Origin: Setoptus koraiensis | Taxonomy: Eukaryota; Animalia; Arthropoda | DNA: 64,000 nt | Reading direction: 5' to 3' | Assembly: GCA_048013815.1 (NCBI GenBank) | Contig: CM106585.1 | Location: 8,804,001 to 8,868,000 of the forward strand | In this document: positions 60,671 to 64,000 of the stretch, one piece after another | How the letters are laid out: each line of letters begins with the position of its first letter | Numbering within the stretch: position 1 is the stretch's first letter | Notes under the pieces: model-generated | What the model saw: the letters and a program-made list of their open reading frames with translations, nothing else | Database searches by the model: none | What the model was told of the DNA's origin: nothing | Program-made: the position numbers and the translations under genes

Positions 60671-63601
60671 ATGTGAGCACAGTCAGTTGGATGACAACAA
60701 TTGGACATTGGCAATAATGGTCGGCAGTGGTTGCGTCATACTTATTGTATATATAGGCTGTTATTGACGAATAAATAATGTAGTAATTATGTCAACAAAC
60801 GACTCCGACGTCGCTGCGTCGTGCGCGTACTACGTGGCACTTGCTCGTTTTGATGATGCTCGTGTGTCGTATTACCCAACAGAGTGTGCACTAGTGAAAA
60901 GTTGCCACCATGACACACGACAATTGCGACAGCAGCGACAACGCCGACAAAAGAGTGACTCATCGCGGCGCACCCAAGAGTGCCGCCCCCGCTACGCCCC
61001 CACCAATTGAGGCGGACGCGACGGGACGGTTGGAAGGTTGCGCAATTGCTGTCGGCGCTGTTGTCGGCGCTGTTATCGGTGGGCGCTAGTTACCGTCGGT
61101 CGGTCGCTAGTTACTGTCAGTTGGCGCCAGTTACTGACAGTTACCGCTAGTTGGCCACTAATTGAACTAGCTCAAATTGTCGGTTGCATAATAGTCGGCC
61201 GACCTAGGCAAGTGTTGCCAACGCTGTGTGGCTAACAAGCAGAAATTTAAGTTAGCAGTGAGTGAGTTTCTGATTAAAACTCTCGCTAGGCGGCCCCACA
61301 TCGACCATTGTTACTATGTGTGCCACGAATCTCGGCGGATTTATCACACTGTTACAATGCGTTACATAACAACTGGTTATGTAACAATCGCTGGCTAGAT
61401 AACACACATGTCGACACACATGACAGCCACCATATCCGACCATGAGCATGGTCAGCTGATGATGAGCGAGCAGCTGACTGTCAGCATGGCTAGTGTCATT
61501 TAAGGGAGGGGGAGGGGGGGCAGCGCCGTTCGACGACAATTGCACACACAATTGACAGTTGACAATGACAGCAGTCAGCTGATAAGCGATGATGCAAATA
61601 GTTGTAGTCAGACAACAACAACAACAACAACAACTATTTGCACAATTCATTCACAGTCAGCTGCCGGCTCATTGGCTGGCCAACTAGCGGCAACTAACAG
61701 CAATCAATTGCAGGCCATTGGCCCGCCGAGCTGTGGCCTGGGCAATTGGGCCCCAATTTCAATTCAATGCAAATCGGTGCAATCGGTCGGTTGTGCCGCA
61801 AGCAGAGGCCGCCCCCAACTGGCTGCTGCTGCGCTCGACACGCCCGCCGTCTCGCCGTCTCTCAGATGGCGAGACGGCGGGCGTGTCAGACGGTCTGAGA
61901 GGTATCATCAGGCTGAAATCAATTGAGGCCAGCGCGGCAAACCGCCGACGGGTGCCGGGTACCCCAATGCCCGGCCAGTTGGCGCACGATTTGGGTAGCA
62001 CCATGATGAATAGTGGGCTCTCTAGCGGCCCACGCCAGAGTAAATTGTGCAAGTGTAAATACGCGCCCACGCTGCTGCTGCCGCCGCCGCAAACATGTAC
62101 AGACAGAGCAAACAACGGCAAACAAACCAAAGCAAACCGTTGCCCAGGGGGAAGGAAGTACAATAATAATAGCGTTGGTGGTCGGTTACGCAATGGGAGA
62201 CACAATAAAGCCGCAGCGGACTCCATTTGTCATATCGCACCCAGCGGCCAGCCACCGAAGCTAATGCCACTGCATGCGATTTTCCCTTTTGCCGCTCCAT
62301 TGCAAATTTTCGAATCTGGCTACGCTTCAAATCTGCGCCCGAATGTTTGCTGGCTGTATCGTCTCGGGCGATCGTCCAGTTTGATTTCGAGTGTCGGCGC
62401 TGCAACGTGCAACATTCCTTTGGCCACATAAATCCGCGCGCGCGATCTATCGCGGCACGGAGCGGCGACGCGCCGGGTCCCGGCAACGAACGAAAACGGG
62501 CACTTGGCGTCGGGCCAACAGACGCCGTCGTTGCAGCAACAGCAACAGCGACAACGACAGCACGTGACGGGGCCGCCGAGGCGCAGCAAGCGCCAATTAT
62601 AGTTTTATCTGCCGACAAGAGATTGCGAGGGCGCCCCCCCGTACAACACGCCGATACTGTTTCACACTAAATGCGCCTGAACACAGGGGACGAGTTAGGT
62701 TGAGCCGACGGGCACGGGGCCATATTTTTCATTGTGTGCGCCTGCCAGACTTAACAGACTTAAAGCTAAGCTGTCTGTCTGGCTGGCTGGCTGGCACGAT
62801 ATAAACAATCCTTGGCCCCTTTTTATAAATAATCTCTTTTCAGTTCGCTCCGGCGGCGGCGGCGGCAGAAGCGTCCGTCTGGCTGCAATTGCGTCAACGC
62901 CAAATCGTTGGAGACAAACCGGCCAGAGGCGCGCGTCTTGTCGCAATCATAATCAACTCTCTCGGTAATTATTTATGATGGCTCAGGCCGAAACCGGAGC
63001 CGCACAGAGCCGCATAGAGCGGGCCCCGTCGAGTGGCCACTCCTCATCGTTTCCAATCCACTTAGTAGTGCCAATCGATCGGATTTGATTTGATCAAATG
63101 TTGTTATTTTGTGCGTGTGTGTTTGTTTTTCTCTCGCTCCAACTCTCCGGCTCGTCGCAGTGGCACCAATGGCGGGCCCCACTCACTCTGACTGGAAACA
63201 CTTGAAACGAACTCACTTAAAACACGACACAAACGCACAATGTTCGTTTGCTCGCCGACCAATGGGGCCTAAACACACATTAGCATCCATAGAAATGGCA
63301 TCGATGCGCTCTGGCGTGTCTGTCGCGAGCGCCGACAACCATTTGCACAAGAAATCCATTAGTGGGCCCGTTTTTTCGGCTCGGCTCGGCTCAACTCTGG
63401 CCAGTTGCTCGATGACGTGAACATGCCAACTGCCACTCTGTGTGTATTATGTAACTGTTACTGTTTTATTTAATTTCGGGCCCACTAGACGCGCACACAG
63501 ACAGAACAAACAAGCCAGCGATATCATGATTATTTTGTTGTATCATCGCTATATAACGCGATGTCGCGATGATATAACAACGTCACACATAGCGTACTTA
63601 C

Positions 63602-64000
63602 CGAATATGTTGTTCACGGGCCACGGGTTGTTGTTGCCGGCCTTCTTCGGGGCCGGATTGCGCCAGAAGGGCGGAAGGGGCGTGGGGAGGTATCGGGGGT
63701 CGATGGGCAGCGTCGCAAACACTTCGTCTGGTTGCTGCTGCTGCGGTTCCCTAATTGGCGATAAGTTGGGCCCATTGGCGGGCGGATATTGATGGGGCGA
63801 CTGTGCGGGCGCCGAATGAATTATGTGCTGGTGCTGATGGGGCCGCGAGTAGGGCATCATGGGCGGCGGTGGCGGGGTAACGTGCCGCACCGGATGCTGT
63901 TGTGCAGTTGTTGTGGGCGAAACCTGCGACGGGGTGGGTATCTCTTCGATGGGTAGCACGGTGGCGGGTTGCTGTTGGCGCATGTCCACGCCACCCATGT
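63602..64000 (-). CDS. Internal exon of an unidentified Pro/Gln/His-rich protein (continues beyond the window)
   Basis: Open frame with the same P/Q/H composition as other genes here (HQHQHIIHSAPAQSPHQYPP...PFWRNPAPKK...NNIF), ending at a strong donor TCG|GTAAGT at 63602/63601. Confidence 0.6.

Noticed and set aside
44000-63500. Numerous 60-260 aa ORFs in the GC-rich region
   Set aside because: They overlap in all six frames, are Arg/Ala/Ser-rich or simply translate the tandem repeats, and show no domain motifs; expected by chance at this GC content.

Overview
This is eukaryotic genomic DNA from an arthropod, most likely a chelicerate or mite. That taxon call is an inference from a true complement C3, intronless housekeeping genes and very short intergenic spacers. 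0.2-11.8 kb holds five tightly packed single-exon genes: UFD1(+), FCP1/CTDP1(+), EMC10(-), Par3/bazooka(+) and DHX8/Prp22(-); four of them appear to lack normally conserved domains. 11.9-14.7 kb holds frameshift-riddled coding-like fragments plus a hairpin/inverted-repeat element. That grades into about 12.5 kb of non-coding, C-depleted, TG-rich sequence ending at a 500-N gap, which may be an unpolished or junk contig end. After the gap come the 3' half of a VRK/ballchen kinase(+), a three-exon PPP1R14/CPI-17-type PP1 inhibitor with a long polyQ N-terminus(+; exons 2 and 3 are missing from the ORF track), and a 7-kb single-exon complement C3(-) with intact thioester and catalytic His. About 43-63.5 kb is a CpG-rich region with no recognisable protein domain. 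It carries many short tandem arrays (CGAA/TTCGA-cored, GAGAG-cored and others), an E-box cluster, a tRNA-like Pol III element and probably the last two exons of an unidentified minus-strand gene running off the right edge. No CRISPR, rRNA or intact transposase was found.
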